From: an uncultured Ignavibacteriales bacterium | GTDB taxonomy: Bacteria; Bacteroidota; Ignavibacteria; Ignavibacteriales; Melioribacteraceae | Direction of reading: 5' to 3' | DNA length: 64,000 nucleotides | Assembly: GCA_947311785.1 (NCBI GenBank) | Contig: CAMZLW010000079.1 | Location: 4,016-68,015, forward strand | In this document: positions 20,948 through 30,642 of the stretch, piece by piece | Numbering within the stretch: the stretch's first letter is position 1 | Layout of the letters: the number at the start of each line of letters is the position of its first letter | Made by a program: the position numbers and the translations under genes | The notes under the pieces: generated by a model | What the model saw: the letters and a program-made list of their open reading frames with translations, nothing else | Databases searched by the model: none | What the model was told of the DNA's origin: nothing

Positions 20948-22783
20948 ATGAAAAACCTAATAACACTAATTTTACTATTTACACTAAATACAATATTTGT
21001 GCTAAGCCATGCAGAAGTATCTGCACACGACTCATTAAAATATAACTTAGATGAGGTTGTGGTTACGGCGTTACACAGACCAGCTCTGTTGTTTGATGTA
21101 AATAAAAGCATTGAAATTATTCCAGCAAAAACAATTGAAACCGCACCAATAAACAGCGTGCAAGATTTTTTAAGTTACTCCAACTCCGTTGAGCTAAACC
21201 AACGTGGGGCAAATGGAGTGCAAGCAGATATTGGAATACGTGGTGGAAACTTTGAGCAAACACTAATTATGCTTGATGGAATAAAAATTATTGACCCACA
21301 AACTGGGCATCATAATTTGAACTTACCAATAACTGCATTAAACATTGAACAAGTGGAAATTGTAAAGGGAAACTCATCAAACATCAATGGTGCCAACGCT
21401 TTTAACGGTTTAGTTAATTTTAGAACTAAGCGAAACAAGTTTAATAGTATTGCAATTAAAGCAGAAGGTGGAGATTTTGGACTTTACTCTGGCTCTCTTT
21501 TTGGAAGCTATAACATTGTAAACTTAAGTAATAATTTTTCTTTTGAAAGAAATCATTCCAGTGGCTACCTAGAAAACACAGAGTATGATATCACAAACAT
21601 ATCGTATGGTGGCTCCTACACTACATCTAACACTATTTTTGATTTTTTTGCCGGATATACAGACAAGTCGTTTGGAGCAAATAGTTTTTATACAACTAAG
21701 TTCCCTCTTCAATTTGAAAACACAAAAACTACATTCGCAAAACTATCTGCCGAGTTTGGAGATAATAAGTTAAACTATTCTACAAAAATTTATTGGCGTA
21801 AAAATGATGATGAGTTTATGTTAGATAAAACAAATCCATCGTTTTATAAAAACAATCACACAACAAATATTTATGGGGGAGAAATTGACATCTTCATAAA
21901 CTCCAATATTGGCGGGACTTCCATTGGGGCAGAATATGTTTATGATATAATATTAAGCAACAATCTTGGCAATCACAATAGGAACAGAATGGGAGTTTTT
22001 ATTGAACATAAGTTTCCAAAGTTTAACAGAATAAGCATAGGCATTAGTGGATTTCTTTACAACTACTCAACTATTGGAAGAAAGTTTTGGCCTGGTTTAG
22101 AAGTTGGATACTCCGTAACAGAAGATATAAATTTATTTGCAAACTACAGTCGTGGCTTCAGAATTCCTACATACACAGAATTATTTTACAGTAGTCCAAC
22201 TACCCACTCTAATCCATACTTAACCTTTGAAGAGACAACCAACTACGAAATTGGAGGTAAATATTTCAATTCATATTTCACAATGTCCACATCTATATTT
22301 TATAAAACTGGAACAAATATTATTGATTGGATATTACCTGGCTCTGATGCCCTTTGGATTCCGATGAATATAGCCGAATTAAATACAAGTGGATTTGAAT
22401 TTAACTCAACCATAAATCTTAACCAATTATTTAAGCAAACATTTGTGAGCCGCATCAGTCTAAAATATACTTTTCTAAATTCTGATTATGATAGCAAAGC
22501 AAATAGCACATCGCGATATTTACTAAAATATTTAAAGCATCAAGCTATAGTTTCAATTAATCATAATCTTATTTTTGGTGTGTCCGCAAGTTGGTATTTC
22601 CGATATGAAGAACGATACAATTTTGAGAGCAACTTTATTACTGATTTAAGTTTGGCTAAATCGCTTGGAGGCTTTAATGTTTTTGTAAAAGCTACAAATT
22701 TGTTTAATGTTGATTACTTCGATTTTATTGGAATTCCATTGCCAGGGCGGTGGGCTACTGGGGGGATTAAATTTGATTTTTAG
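20948..22783 (+). CDS. TonB-dependent receptor (compact, BtuB-like architecture)
   Basis: Signal peptide, LDEVVVTA TonB box, IRGG plug, IEQVEIVKG, NLFN..Y...PGR, terminal F; start set at ATG 20948. Confidence 0.92.
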   Translation: MKNLITLILLFTLNTIFVLSHAEVSAHDSLKYNLDEVVVTALHRPALLFDVNKSIEIIPAKTIETAPINSVQDFLSYSNSVELNQRGANGVQADIGIRGGNFEQTLIMLDGIKIIDPQTGHHNLNLPITALNIEQVEIVKGNSSNINGANAFNGLVNFRTKRNKFNSIAIKAEGGDFGLYSGSLFGSYNIVNLSNNFSFERNHSSGYLENTEYDITNISYGGSYTTSNTIFDFFAGYTDKSFGANSFYTTKFPLQFENTKTTFAKLSAEFGDNKLNYSTKIYWRKNDDEFMLDKTNPSFYKNNHTTNIYGGEIDIFINSNIGGTSIGAEYVYDIILSNNLGNHNRNRMGVFIEHKFPKFNRISIGISGFLYNYSTIGRKFWPGLEVGYSVTEDINLFANYSRGFRIPTYTELFYSSPTTHSNPYLTFEETTNYEIGGKYFNSYFTMSTSIFYKTGTNIIDWILPGSDALWIPMNIAELNTSGFEFNSTINLNQLFKQTFVSRISLKYTFLNSDYDSKANSTSRYLLKYLKHQAIVSINHNLIFGVSASWYFRYEERYNFESNFITDLSLAKSLGGFNVFVKATNLFNVDYFDFIGIPLPGRWATGGIKFDF

Positions 22784-22786
22784 AAA

Positions 22787-23209
22787 CTAAAGTTTATCTA
22801 AAATTTTTGTAAAATTACGATAATGAAGAATATTTATATTTTTGTATGGATTTAAAACAATTAAATCTTCATCGCCTGTTACCAAATAATCAGCTTCACC
22901 ACTAACTATTAAATCTAACAAAAAATCATCCTTTGGGTCCCGACAATCAGTAAAGTGATTTGTAATCTTAATCCATTCAACTTTGGTGTTAATCAGAGAA
23001 ACCAATTCGTAAATATCTTCTGTTGAAAAATACTTTTTAAATTTTGGTCTGTTAAGAACTTCAATAAGTTCATCAAACAACTCTTCACTAAATAAAATTT
23101 GAACAGAATTATTGATAATTGCATTTGATAAACCTGCAATGGTTTTCCCAATTAAAAAACTAATCCAAATATTGGTATCAATAACAACTCTAATTTTTCG
23201 ATTTGGCAT
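22787..23209 (-). CDS. PIN-domain (VapC-like) toxin
   Basis: VVIDTNIWIS, CRDPKDD and LVTGDEDL motifs. Confidence 0.9.
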   Translation of the reverse strand: MPNRKIRVVIDTNIWISFLIGKTIAGLSNAIINNSVQILFSEELFDELIEVLNRPKFKKYFSTEDIYELVSLINTKVEWIKITNHFTDCRDPKDDFLLDLIVSGEADYLVTGDEDLIVLNPYKNINILHYRNFTKILDKL

Positions 23210-23423
23210 TATATCTATTTGCCCTAACATCACTTACTTCTGAAATTATTGCATCCAAATCTATTTCATCAGTTTTAATTCTTTCTAAATATTTTTTAAA
23301 CCGAATTGGGAATATCTCTTTTTCCAATAAATTAATTAGCTCAATTTTTCTATCTGTACCAACTTTATTAACTAGAGATTTAAGTTGGTTAAAATCTATT
23401 GTTTCTGTTTCCATAACTTTCAT
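23190..23423 (-). CDS. Putative antitoxin of the PIN toxin
   Basis: Small gene overlapping the PIN start; I..EV..VR C-terminus typical of partners of this PIN group. Confidence 0.65.
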   Translation of the reverse strand: MKVMETETIDFNQLKSLVNKVGTDRKIELINLLEKEIFPIRFKKYLERIKTDEIDLDAIISEVSDVRANRYNAKSKN

Positions 23424-23467
23424 CTAATAATTGATTTGATGTTGATTAAAATATAAAAATTAGCTAA

Positions 23468-24490
23468 TTAAAACAACTTACCCAACTCTTTGCCCTCTCT
23501 ATCTTTCCAATTTCCTTTGTGATAGGCGTAGCCAGTAATAAGCGGAAGTGCAAGTGTAGCCTCGGAGAAAACCATTTGCTCGTAAGTTGTTTCTACTTTT
23601 CCCCAACTGCTTGCTTCTTTAAGTGTAGAGCTGGAGAGTGCTCCGTCTCTAACATCGGCAACTGTAATTTGAATTGCGTATTTGTGCATTGGTGCATCTT
23701 CTTGCAAAATTTCTGCAGCTACAACAATATCCTGTGTAAAGTTTTTTGGAACTCCACCACCTACCATAAATATTCCAGTATCTTTGCTTTCCATTTTTAG
23801 TTTAGTTAACTCAAGAAAGTCTTTTCCAGAATCAAAGGAAAGATGTTTCTCTGGATTTTTATATTGGTGCATCACAATTCCGAAGCCAGCTGAGCAATCG
23901 GAAAAGGCAGGAACAAACAATGGAACATTTTTTTTGTATGCTTTATAAATTATGCTATCGTCAACTTTGGGTCCACCATTTTCATCCAAGTATTTACCAA
24001 AATTCCAGAGTAGTTCTCGTGATGAATATGGGCGTGGCTCTAACGAATCGAATATCTTTGCAGTTGTATCATCACAAATACGGAGTTCATCTTCATCAAT
24101 AAATGTATCGTAAATTCTATCTATGTGAAGCTCACGCATTTCGTTATCGTCAACATCAGCCGAGCCAATGTAGTGTTTGAAGCCGAGTGCTTCAAAGAAA
24201 TCTTGATCAACCATCAATGCACCAGTAGCGACAATTGCATCAACCATATTGTTATCAACTAAATCGTGGACTATCTTTTTCAATCCAGCACTGAACAAAG
24301 AACCAGCAAGTGTTAAAATTATTGCAGTATCTTCATCCTTAAGCATCATATCATAAATATCCGCAGCACGGCTTAAATCCCTTGCAGAAAATGCCATCTT
24401 CCCCATTGATTCTACCAATGAAACAACATTGTGTTCTTTTATATTAATATGCTGAATTACTTCTTTTAGATAATCTTTTTTAGATAACAT
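23468..24490 (-). CDS. Deoxyhypusine synthase-like protein (probable homospermidine synthase)
   Basis: IDRIYD, PAFSD, GGGVPKN, DGALSSSTLKEASSWGK, EATLALP motifs. Confidence 0.9.
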   Translation of the reverse strand: MLSKKDYLKEVIQHINIKEHNVVSLVESMGKMAFSARDLSRAADIYDMMLKDEDTAIILTLAGSLFSAGLKKIVHDLVDNNMVDAIVATGALMVDQDFFEALGFKHYIGSADVDDNEMRELHIDRIYDTFIDEDELRICDDTTAKIFDSLEPRPYSSRELLWNFGKYLDENGGPKVDDSIIYKAYKKNVPLFVPAFSDCSAGFGIVMHQYKNPEKHLSFDSGKDFLELTKLKMESKDTGIFMVGGGVPKNFTQDIVVAAEILQEDAPMHKYAIQITVADVRDGALSSSTLKEASSWGKVETTYEQMVFSEATLALPLITGYAYHKGNWKDREGKELGKLF

Positions 24491-24502
24491 TTTTTCTACT
24501 CC

Positions 24503-25624
24503 TTATTTGAACTCTCTCTCAATCCATCTCAGCAAAAATACATTTTCTAATTGATATTTTTCATCATAAAATGTAACTAACCCCTTGTGTACCAAAGCCT
24601 TTAATGCTAAAGTAACTGAACTTGCCGAACTTAAATTATGCTTGTTAATAAAGCTTTGTGCCGATATTTGTTCTATCCCATCTTCCAACGAAATTGCCTT
24701 TAATAAGTTCCACTGATTTTTAGGTAAAAGTCTTTTTATTTGGTTATGCGAATCTTCATTCTCTTTAAGAATACCATACAATGTGTGTTTAATTACCTCA
24801 ATACTTATATTTTTTTTGCCACTTGAAAATAATTTATTGCATACATATTGAACAAAGAAAGTATGATTTTTTGTCCAATTTAAAATATATTTTATATCTT
24901 CAGTTAAAATAGTTTTTCCATATTCTAAAAAATGCTTTAGAATAAATCGTGTGTATTTTTGCCCATCTATTTTTTCAAGGTGCATTAACTCTGTGCTTTG
25001 ATAAAATGGTCTTTTCTTATCTGTAAACATCTGTGTAATTAAGTGCTTGCTACTACCTGCAAAAAGGAAAGAAATATTTTTTGTTTTTTGAATATGACTT
25101 CGTAATAATTCTTCAATATTTTTTTCAGGGTATAATGCTATTTGTTGAAACTCATCTATTGCTATAACTACTTTTTCACCAGAGGATTCAATGTATTTAA
25201 ATATCTTATTCAAAGACTGCTTTGCTTCTGCCTGCGAATCAATGGATAGTTGGACAGTTGTATTTCCTGTTAGTGGGTCAAATGAAATTGCTGGTTTTAA
25301 ACTTGAAAATATTTCCCCAACTTTTTTCACAAATTTAGAACTTGTTGAATCTAACTTTCCAATTAAGCTATTACCCAACGCATTAGTAAACTCAGCTAAA
25401 TTAGAAGTTGAATGGATATCAAGATAAAACAATTCATACTCTTTTTTCAACTTATAGAAAACATGCTGAATTAACCCCGTTTTACCAATTCGGCGTAGAG
25501 AGTATAGAGTTAAATTGCGACTATTTTTAATAGCTTCAATAATTTTTTTAGTTTCCACTTCTCTATCACAAAAATACTTTGGAGAGGCATAACCAGTTAT
25601 TAAAAATGGATTTGACGATTTCAT
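24503..25624 (-). CDS. AAA-family ATPase with probable C-terminal winged helix
   Basis: NPF, FCDRE, RRIGKT (Walker A), AIDEFQ (Walker B), GS..H motifs. Confidence 0.85.
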   Translation of the reverse strand: MKSSNPFLITGYASPKYFCDREVETKKIIEAIKNSRNLTLYSLRRIGKTGLIQHVFYKLKKEYELFYLDIHSTSNLAEFTNALGNSLIGKLDSTSSKFVKKVGEIFSSLKPAISFDPLTGNTTVQLSIDSQAEAKQSLNKIFKYIESSGEKVVIAIDEFQQIALYPEKNIEELLRSHIQKTKNISFLFAGSSKHLITQMFTDKKRPFYQSTELMHLEKIDGQKYTRFILKHFLEYGKTILTEDIKYILNWTKNHTFFVQYVCNKLFSSGKKNISIEVIKHTLYGILKENEDSHNQIKRLLPKNQWNLLKAISLEDGIEQISAQSFINKHNLSSASSVTLALKALVHKGLVTFYDEKYQLENVFLLRWIEREFK

Positions 25625-25719
25625 GACGTTTTTGCTGTTTTCATTACATATTTTATGTAATATGTTTTATGTAATACAATTTACGAAATGATTTGTAAAA
25701 ACGAAAGGTATTTTAAAAC

Positions 25720-25760
25720 GTAAAATTCTCTATCGCAAATAACGTGATAGAGAATTTTAC
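25720..25760 (-). terminator. Terminator hairpin downstream of the SSS gene
   Basis: gtaaaattctctatc/gatagagaattttac 15-bp stem. Confidence 0.75.
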
Positions 25761-25843
25761 TGGAATATTTACTCACCAGACATTAACTCTGGCTATTGAG
25801 GAACCTCTCGAAGATTTTTTTAACACAAAACAAAAGATTAAAT

Positions 25844-27955
25844 CTACATCTCTTTTTCTGCCGTTACAGTTTTGCCTTCAACAAACACACCGTTTAACAG
25901 ATGTTCGTTGTTTAGCATAACAATTCCATCCTCTTCGTGAGGTTCGCCAAAAACTGAATGGACAGATTTTAGACCACCATAAATCTTACGTGCATCACAT
26001 ATATAAACTAAATCGCCAACATTGGCTTTCATTTTTGCCATATCATTTTTAGAGAAATTAGCAATATCATCATCGCCTTCTTTCATTTTCCATTCTACTT
26101 TAATTAGTTCGCCTTCTTCATCGTTAACTTTGCTGCCTTTGAACATCTCTTTAGCTCTTGCCAAAGACCAAACTGTTAATCCATCTGTTTGTCCAATTGG
26201 GTCATACTTAACTGTGTAAGTAGTAATTATTGCAACAGCAGAAGTCATAATTACAACACCAATAAATTGGAAGATAAAAGTTCCAACATTAAAAGTAATG
26301 AGAGCAAATATTGCAATAGCAAGAGCTGTTAAAGCGTATGATATCTGCTTATGATTTGACTTACTCCGCATTTTAGCAACAATTCCTTGCTGAAGAGAAG
26401 TAGAATATGTTACAGTAACAGCAACTGCACTGCAAACAAATAAGTTATAAAATGCACGAATGTACGAGTACGGATGTGCATGATTCATCTCAATTCCTTG
26501 AGCAAACGGAGTTATTAAATTTGCATCGTGAAGACCAAGAATCATTAACGCAACACCCCCTACAAACGTTGATATTACTGCACTTGGTGTAAATTTCTTC
26601 CAAAATATACCTAAGAATATTGCAACAACTAATGGTGGTGTAAGGGTTGAATGAAAATATCCGTGAGCTTCGTAAACTGTAGGGAAACTTTTAAATGCTA
26701 AAACTGAAACCACTCCAAAGGCTGTAATTACAACTGATGACCAACGAGCAGCAGCAAGTTCACGCTTATCTTTATTTTTGGTATTTGTTTCTTCTTTACC
26801 TTTTTGTAAATATTTCTTAACAGGTCTATAAATATCATTAATATAGATAGCTGCCGTTGCGTTAATTAAAGTATCAACTGTTGACATAAGTGCCGCAGTT
26901 AAAGCGGCCATTACAAAGCCAAAGACTCCTGGTAATGCAACAATGTTTGCAACCACAACAAATATCTGGTCTGGTGAAGTTGATGGAGGAACTAATTCTG
27001 GATTTGAAATTGAAAGAGCTTTTCCAATCCAACCAGCGTTACCAACTACAATAGCAGATAGTGGTAGCATAAAAAGTATATTAAATGTTGCCGCTTTTCT
27101 TCCTTCATCAACAGACTTGGTTGCCATGAACCGCATTATTAAGCCCATATTCATAAACAAAAACCCAACAGAACCGGCAACGCCATCCTGCCAAAAAATT
27201 CCAATAAAGTTAAAATCGGGGGGCTTGGTTAAATCAGCGAGTGGAAGTTTCCATGCTTGTGGCAACAAGTTCCAAAAAGTTTCAAACCCACCGAGATAAG
27301 AAACTCCTAGAAAAAACAATAAGAACCCAGCAAATAAGAGTACTGCACCTTGTAACAAATCAGTAAAAATCACAGCGGTCTGACCACCGAAGGTAATATA
27401 AATACCAGTGATAATTGCAATAACAATAATTGCCCCCATCAAAGTTACATCCAATTGCATTCCTAAAAGTTCAAAACTCTCTGGAAGCATTGGTATTACT
27501 GCCTTTCCTAGAGTTAAGAATCCAATTCCAATATATCCAATCATGTATAACAAAAGCAAAACCGTTGCCAGAAATCTTGCAGATGGTGAAAATCGTTTTT
27601 CAAAATATTCTGGAATTGATCTAATTTTTGTATAAACAATAATTGGAAGCCATCCAAAAAGAAATAGCGGAATAAAAAACCAATCGTTTATGTACGTCAT
27701 TGTTGACGAAAATCCGTATTCAAATCCTTTTGCAGAATATTTTACGAAACTGTGGCTACCAACCCCAGTAGCAACAATAGAAAATGCAATAAGCCACCAC
27801 GCAAAACGTCTTCCTCCAAAAAAGAAATCTTTTGTGCTTCTATTATATTTTCCGAAATAACTACCAAAGAGCATGATTGCAATAAAATAGACAATCATAA
27901 CTATCCAATCAGTTGATGAACCAATACTATGAAATGTTGTTTGTGCTGTTTCCAT
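25844..27955 (-). CDS. Sodium:solute symporter (SSS/SLC5) with an extra C-terminal soluble domain
   Basis: FFFGGR, SIPEYFEKRF, GGQTAVIFTD and AALMSTVDT motifs. Confidence 0.93.
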   Translation of the reverse strand: METAQTTFHSIGSSTDWIVMIVYFIAIMLFGSYFGKYNRSTKDFFFGGRRFAWWLIAFSIVATGVGSHSFVKYSAKGFEYGFSSTMTYINDWFFIPLFLFGWLPIIVYTKIRSIPEYFEKRFSPSARFLATVLLLLYMIGYIGIGFLTLGKAVIPMLPESFELLGMQLDVTLMGAIIVIAIITGIYITFGGQTAVIFTDLLQGAVLLFAGFLLFFLGVSYLGGFETFWNLLPQAWKLPLADLTKPPDFNFIGIFWQDGVAGSVGFLFMNMGLIMRFMATKSVDEGRKAATFNILFMLPLSAIVVGNAGWIGKALSISNPELVPPSTSPDQIFVVVANIVALPGVFGFVMAALTAALMSTVDTLINATAAIYINDIYRPVKKYLQKGKEETNTKNKDKRELAAARWSSVVITAFGVVSVLAFKSFPTVYEAHGYFHSTLTPPLVVAIFLGIFWKKFTPSAVISTFVGGVALMILGLHDANLITPFAQGIEMNHAHPYSYIRAFYNLFVCSAVAVTVTYSTSLQQGIVAKMRSKSNHKQISYALTALAIAIFALITFNVGTFIFQFIGVVIMTSAVAIITTYTVKYDPIGQTDGLTVWSLARAKEMFKGSKVNDEEGELIKVEWKMKEGDDDIANFSKNDMAKMKANVGDLVYICDARKIYGGLKSVHSVFGEPHEEDGIVMLNNEHLLNGVFVEGKTVTAEKEM

Positions 27956-27958
27956 TGC

Positions 27959-28171
27959 CTACCAATAAATTGCGATTAATGTAAAAATTACGTGAAAGGC
28001 TACAAAATAGAAGTAGCCAAAAATTAAAACTCTGTACCAATAACGATGACGTTTCTTTTTTAAATCTATTGCTTTGCTCTTCCTTATAATTATCATTCCA
28101 ATTAAAAAGAAAATTCCCCCTACACCATAAAGGTATAGAAGTGGCAACCAAGTGTGCGAAATTTCTGGCAT
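27959..28171 (-). CDS. Small 2-TM membrane protein, probable symporter partner
   Basis: 70 aa, two hydrophobic helices separated by a basic loop; ends 3 nt before the SSS start. Confidence 0.75.
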   Translation of the reverse strand: MPEISHTWLPLLYLYGVGGIFFLIGMIIIRKSKAIDLKKKRHRYWYRVLIFGYFYFVAFHVIFTLIAIYW

Positions 28172-28225
28172 ATTTTTTTACCTAATTTTATTAGAATTTG
28201 TGGATTAACTTAGTGAGTAATGAAA

Positions 28226-28316
28226 TTAGTTGCAACTAAAATAAAGAATTTTGTTGGGATAATTTTGCAACTAACTTGTATTCCCACTTTAATTCTAGGT
28301 AAGATGTTGCAAGTGA
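28226..28316. promoter_or_regulatory. Putative operator array (TTAGTTGCAACTAA plus two degenerate copies)
   Basis: Perfect 14-bp palindrome at 28226-28239; aattttgcaactaa at 28261-28274; gatgttgcaagtga at 28303-28316. Confidence 0.55.
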
Positions 28317-28329
28317 TTAGCAAATAATA

Positions 28330-28857
28330 CTATCTAAACTTTGTAAATTCCTTTTGTTCGTTATTACTTATCTCAGAAATGCTTGGTGGCATTACTTCTT
28401 TTTTATTTTCACTATTTCTTTTTGTGCTTATGTAAAGAAACAGAACCCATAAAACATACGCTAAAACAAAAATTGTTTCACTCCAAAAATTAAAAGTGGA
28501 AATTTTAATATTGAACTCCGCTTCAAAATAATTGAAATCTGTGAACAAATTTATATTCATCAACCCAAGAACCGCAGCAAACCCAGAAATAACAATGTAT
28601 TTTGTAGTTATGAGTTCATTTCGCTTTACCGACGAATAGCCCGCATATAAAAACATCCCAAAACCAAAGCTTAAAAATGCAATTATAATATCTTGATAAA
28701 TATAGGATGGAACATTGAAATAGATAAAAAGAATTGGAATCTTAAACCCAAAAACATGTGCAAAACTAATCAAGAAAAAATAGATTGCCCCAAATAACAA
28801 CGACCAACTTAACAATTTGTGCGAATTTTTTATATGCTCTTTGTTAAAAAAATCCAT
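28330..28857 (-). CDS. Hypothetical membrane protein (about 4 TM)
   Basis: 175-aa hydrophobic ORF directly downstream of the rhodanese gene. Confidence 0.7.
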   Translation of the reverse strand: MDFFNKEHIKNSHKLLSWSLLFGAIYFFLISFAHVFGFKIPILFIYFNVPSYIYQDIIIAFLSFGFGMFLYAGYSSVKRNELITTKYIVISGFAAVLGLMNINLFTDFNYFEAEFNIKISTFNFWSETIFVLAYVLWVLFLYISTKRNSENKKEVMPPSISEISNNEQKEFTKFR

Positions 28858-28887
28858 TACCCTATACTCTCTTTTTATTAATGTTTT

Positions 28888-29274
28888 CTATTTCCCAATT
28901 TTTCTGTATGCTCGCATACCACCTACAACATTAAATGCAATAAATCCGTTCTTATTAAGAATAGCAGTTGCATAGCGCGAACGATTACCTGAACGACAAA
29001 TTATCAGAAGTTCTTTTCCTTTATATTTATTTAATTCAGATAATCTATTTTCTAATTCGTGAACTGGAATATTTATAACTCCATTAATATGCCCAAGTTC
29101 ACCAACCAACTCATCAGGGTTTCTTACATCCAAAATAATTTGTTTTGTATCGCTGTTAATTAGTTCTAGTAACTCTGTAACTGTAATTTCGGCTTTCCCC
29201 GAACTTTGCGAAAAAACAGATGCCGATATAAGAAAAATGGAACTAATTAAAATTATTATATATTTAGTTTTCAA
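28888..29274 (-). CDS. Exported rhodanese-like domain protein
   Basis: LDVR..E, GHI.G..NIP, CRSGNRS active-site loop; TTG start after GGGAG; signal peptide. Confidence 0.88.
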   Translation of the reverse strand: MKTKYIIILISSIFLISASVFSQSSGKAEITVTELLELINSDTKQIILDVRNPDELVGELGHINGVINIPVHELENRLSELNKYKGKELLIICRSGNRSRYATAILNKNGFIAFNVVGGMRAYRKIGK

Positions 29275-29481
29275 AATAGACTCCCCTTTCAACAATACAC
29301 GAAATTTATTAAAAACTATCACAAAAAGATATAACTAAATAATGCTCAAATCACTTCAAAAAAAAGACATTTTATCCCTTATCTCTAATGGCATAATTTA
29401 AGGCTTTCTTTTTCAATTGTATATTAAATCTGTAATATATATTTTTCGTTTCAAATTAATTATTATTGAAAGAATTATTAT

Positions 29482-30192
29482 ATGCGAATAGATTTAATAT
29501 GGAAAGGGCTTCTCTACATTCTGATGTCCTTTGTAATTGTAGGAGGCATTGCGTTTCCACTTGTTGAAGTTACAACAGAATGGTATCACTTCCCATTAAT
29601 ACCAGGTTTAGGCGAACAAGCAAAAATTATTTTTTTCCACGTTCCAACCTCGTGGCTTGCAACAATATCATTCCTAATGGCAATGATTTTTGGAATTAAA
29701 TATCTACGTAGCAACAACTTGGATGACGATGCAAAATCACTTGCAGCTTTGCAAATAGGAATGGTGTTTGTAATTCTTGCAACAGTAACTGGCTCGTTGT
29801 GGGCAAAATTTGCTTGGGGTTCGTTCTGGCATTGGGACCCACGCGAAACATCAATTTTTGTTTTGATGCTAATTTATGGCTCCCTTTTTGCACTTCGCTC
29901 AGCAATTGAAAATGAAGATAAGCGTGCAAAACTATCGGCAGTTTATTCAATAATTTCATTTTTAACTGTCCCATTTTTTGTGTTTATTATGCCAAGAATA
30001 ATGGCTGGTTTACATCCAGGCTCTGCAAATGACGATACTGTAGGACCAGTTATGGAACTTAAGATGAACGGAAATATGCAATTAATATTTTTCCTATCAC
30101 TAATTGCATTTTCTATTTTGTATTTCTGGCTTTGGAACATGACTTACAAATCGATAATTATTAAAGACAAACTTTCTAAAAAATATATTTGA
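29482..30192 (+). CDS. ccmC: Cytochrome c biogenesis heme exporter CcmC
   Basis: FFHVP and tryptophan-rich WAKFAWGSFWHWDPRET motif. Confidence 0.92.
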   Translation: MRIDLIWKGLLYILMSFVIVGGIAFPLVEVTTEWYHFPLIPGLGEQAKIIFFHVPTSWLATISFLMAMIFGIKYLRSNNLDDDAKSLAALQIGMVFVILATVTGSLWAKFAWGSFWHWDPRETSIFVLMLIYGSLFALRSAIENEDKRAKLSAVYSIISFLTVPFFVFIMPRIMAGLHPGSANDDTVGPVMELKMNGNMQLIFFLSLIAFSILYFWLWNMTYKSIIIKDKLSKKYI

Positions 30193-30199
30193 GGTTACT

Positions 30200-30349
30200 T
30201 TGGAAGGACTAATGAGTTTTTTACACGACAATTCTATATATATAGTATTAATTATTACACTAATTATTTGGACTGGAATTTTTCTTCTTTTAATGGCTAC
30301 CGATAAACGGCTAAAAATAATTGAAAAAGAGTTAAAAGAACAAGAGTAA
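30200..30349 (+). CDS. ccmD: CcmD family small membrane protein (49 aa)
   Basis: Manual translation MEGLMSFLHDNSIYIVLIITLIIWTGIFLLLMATDKRLKIIEKELKEQE; single TM plus charged tail, directly after ccmC, GAGG SD. Confidence 0.82.
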   Translation: MEGLMSFLHDNSIYIVLIITLIIWTGIFLLLMATDKRLKIIEKELKEQE

Positions 30350-30401
30350 AAGTAGAATTAAAAATTAGATTACGAAAAATAAACAGACATATTATAAAAT
30401 T

Positions 30402-30638
30402 ATGAATTTACAGACTAGAAAATTAAATTTAATTGAATACTTGATTGGAATTCAAGATGAGAAGATTTTCAAAATAATTGAAGATACTTTACATATGTCT
30501 TTAGTATCTGAGGGGAAATCTTTTAATCAATTTACTAAAGATGAGCTAATTAAAAGGACTCAGAAATCTAATTCTGATTATATTTCTGGAAATTTCAAAA
30601 CCCAGGACCAATTAGAAATTGAATCGCAAAATTGGTAG
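30402..30638 (+). CDS. Putative antitoxin
   Basis: 78-aa gene directly upstream of a RelE/ParE toxin. Confidence 0.7.
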   Translation: MNLQTRKLNLIEYLIGIQDEKIFKIIEDTLHMSLVSEGKSFNQFTKDELIKRTQKSNSDYISGNFKTQDQLEIESQNW

Positions 30639-30642
30639 CTTG

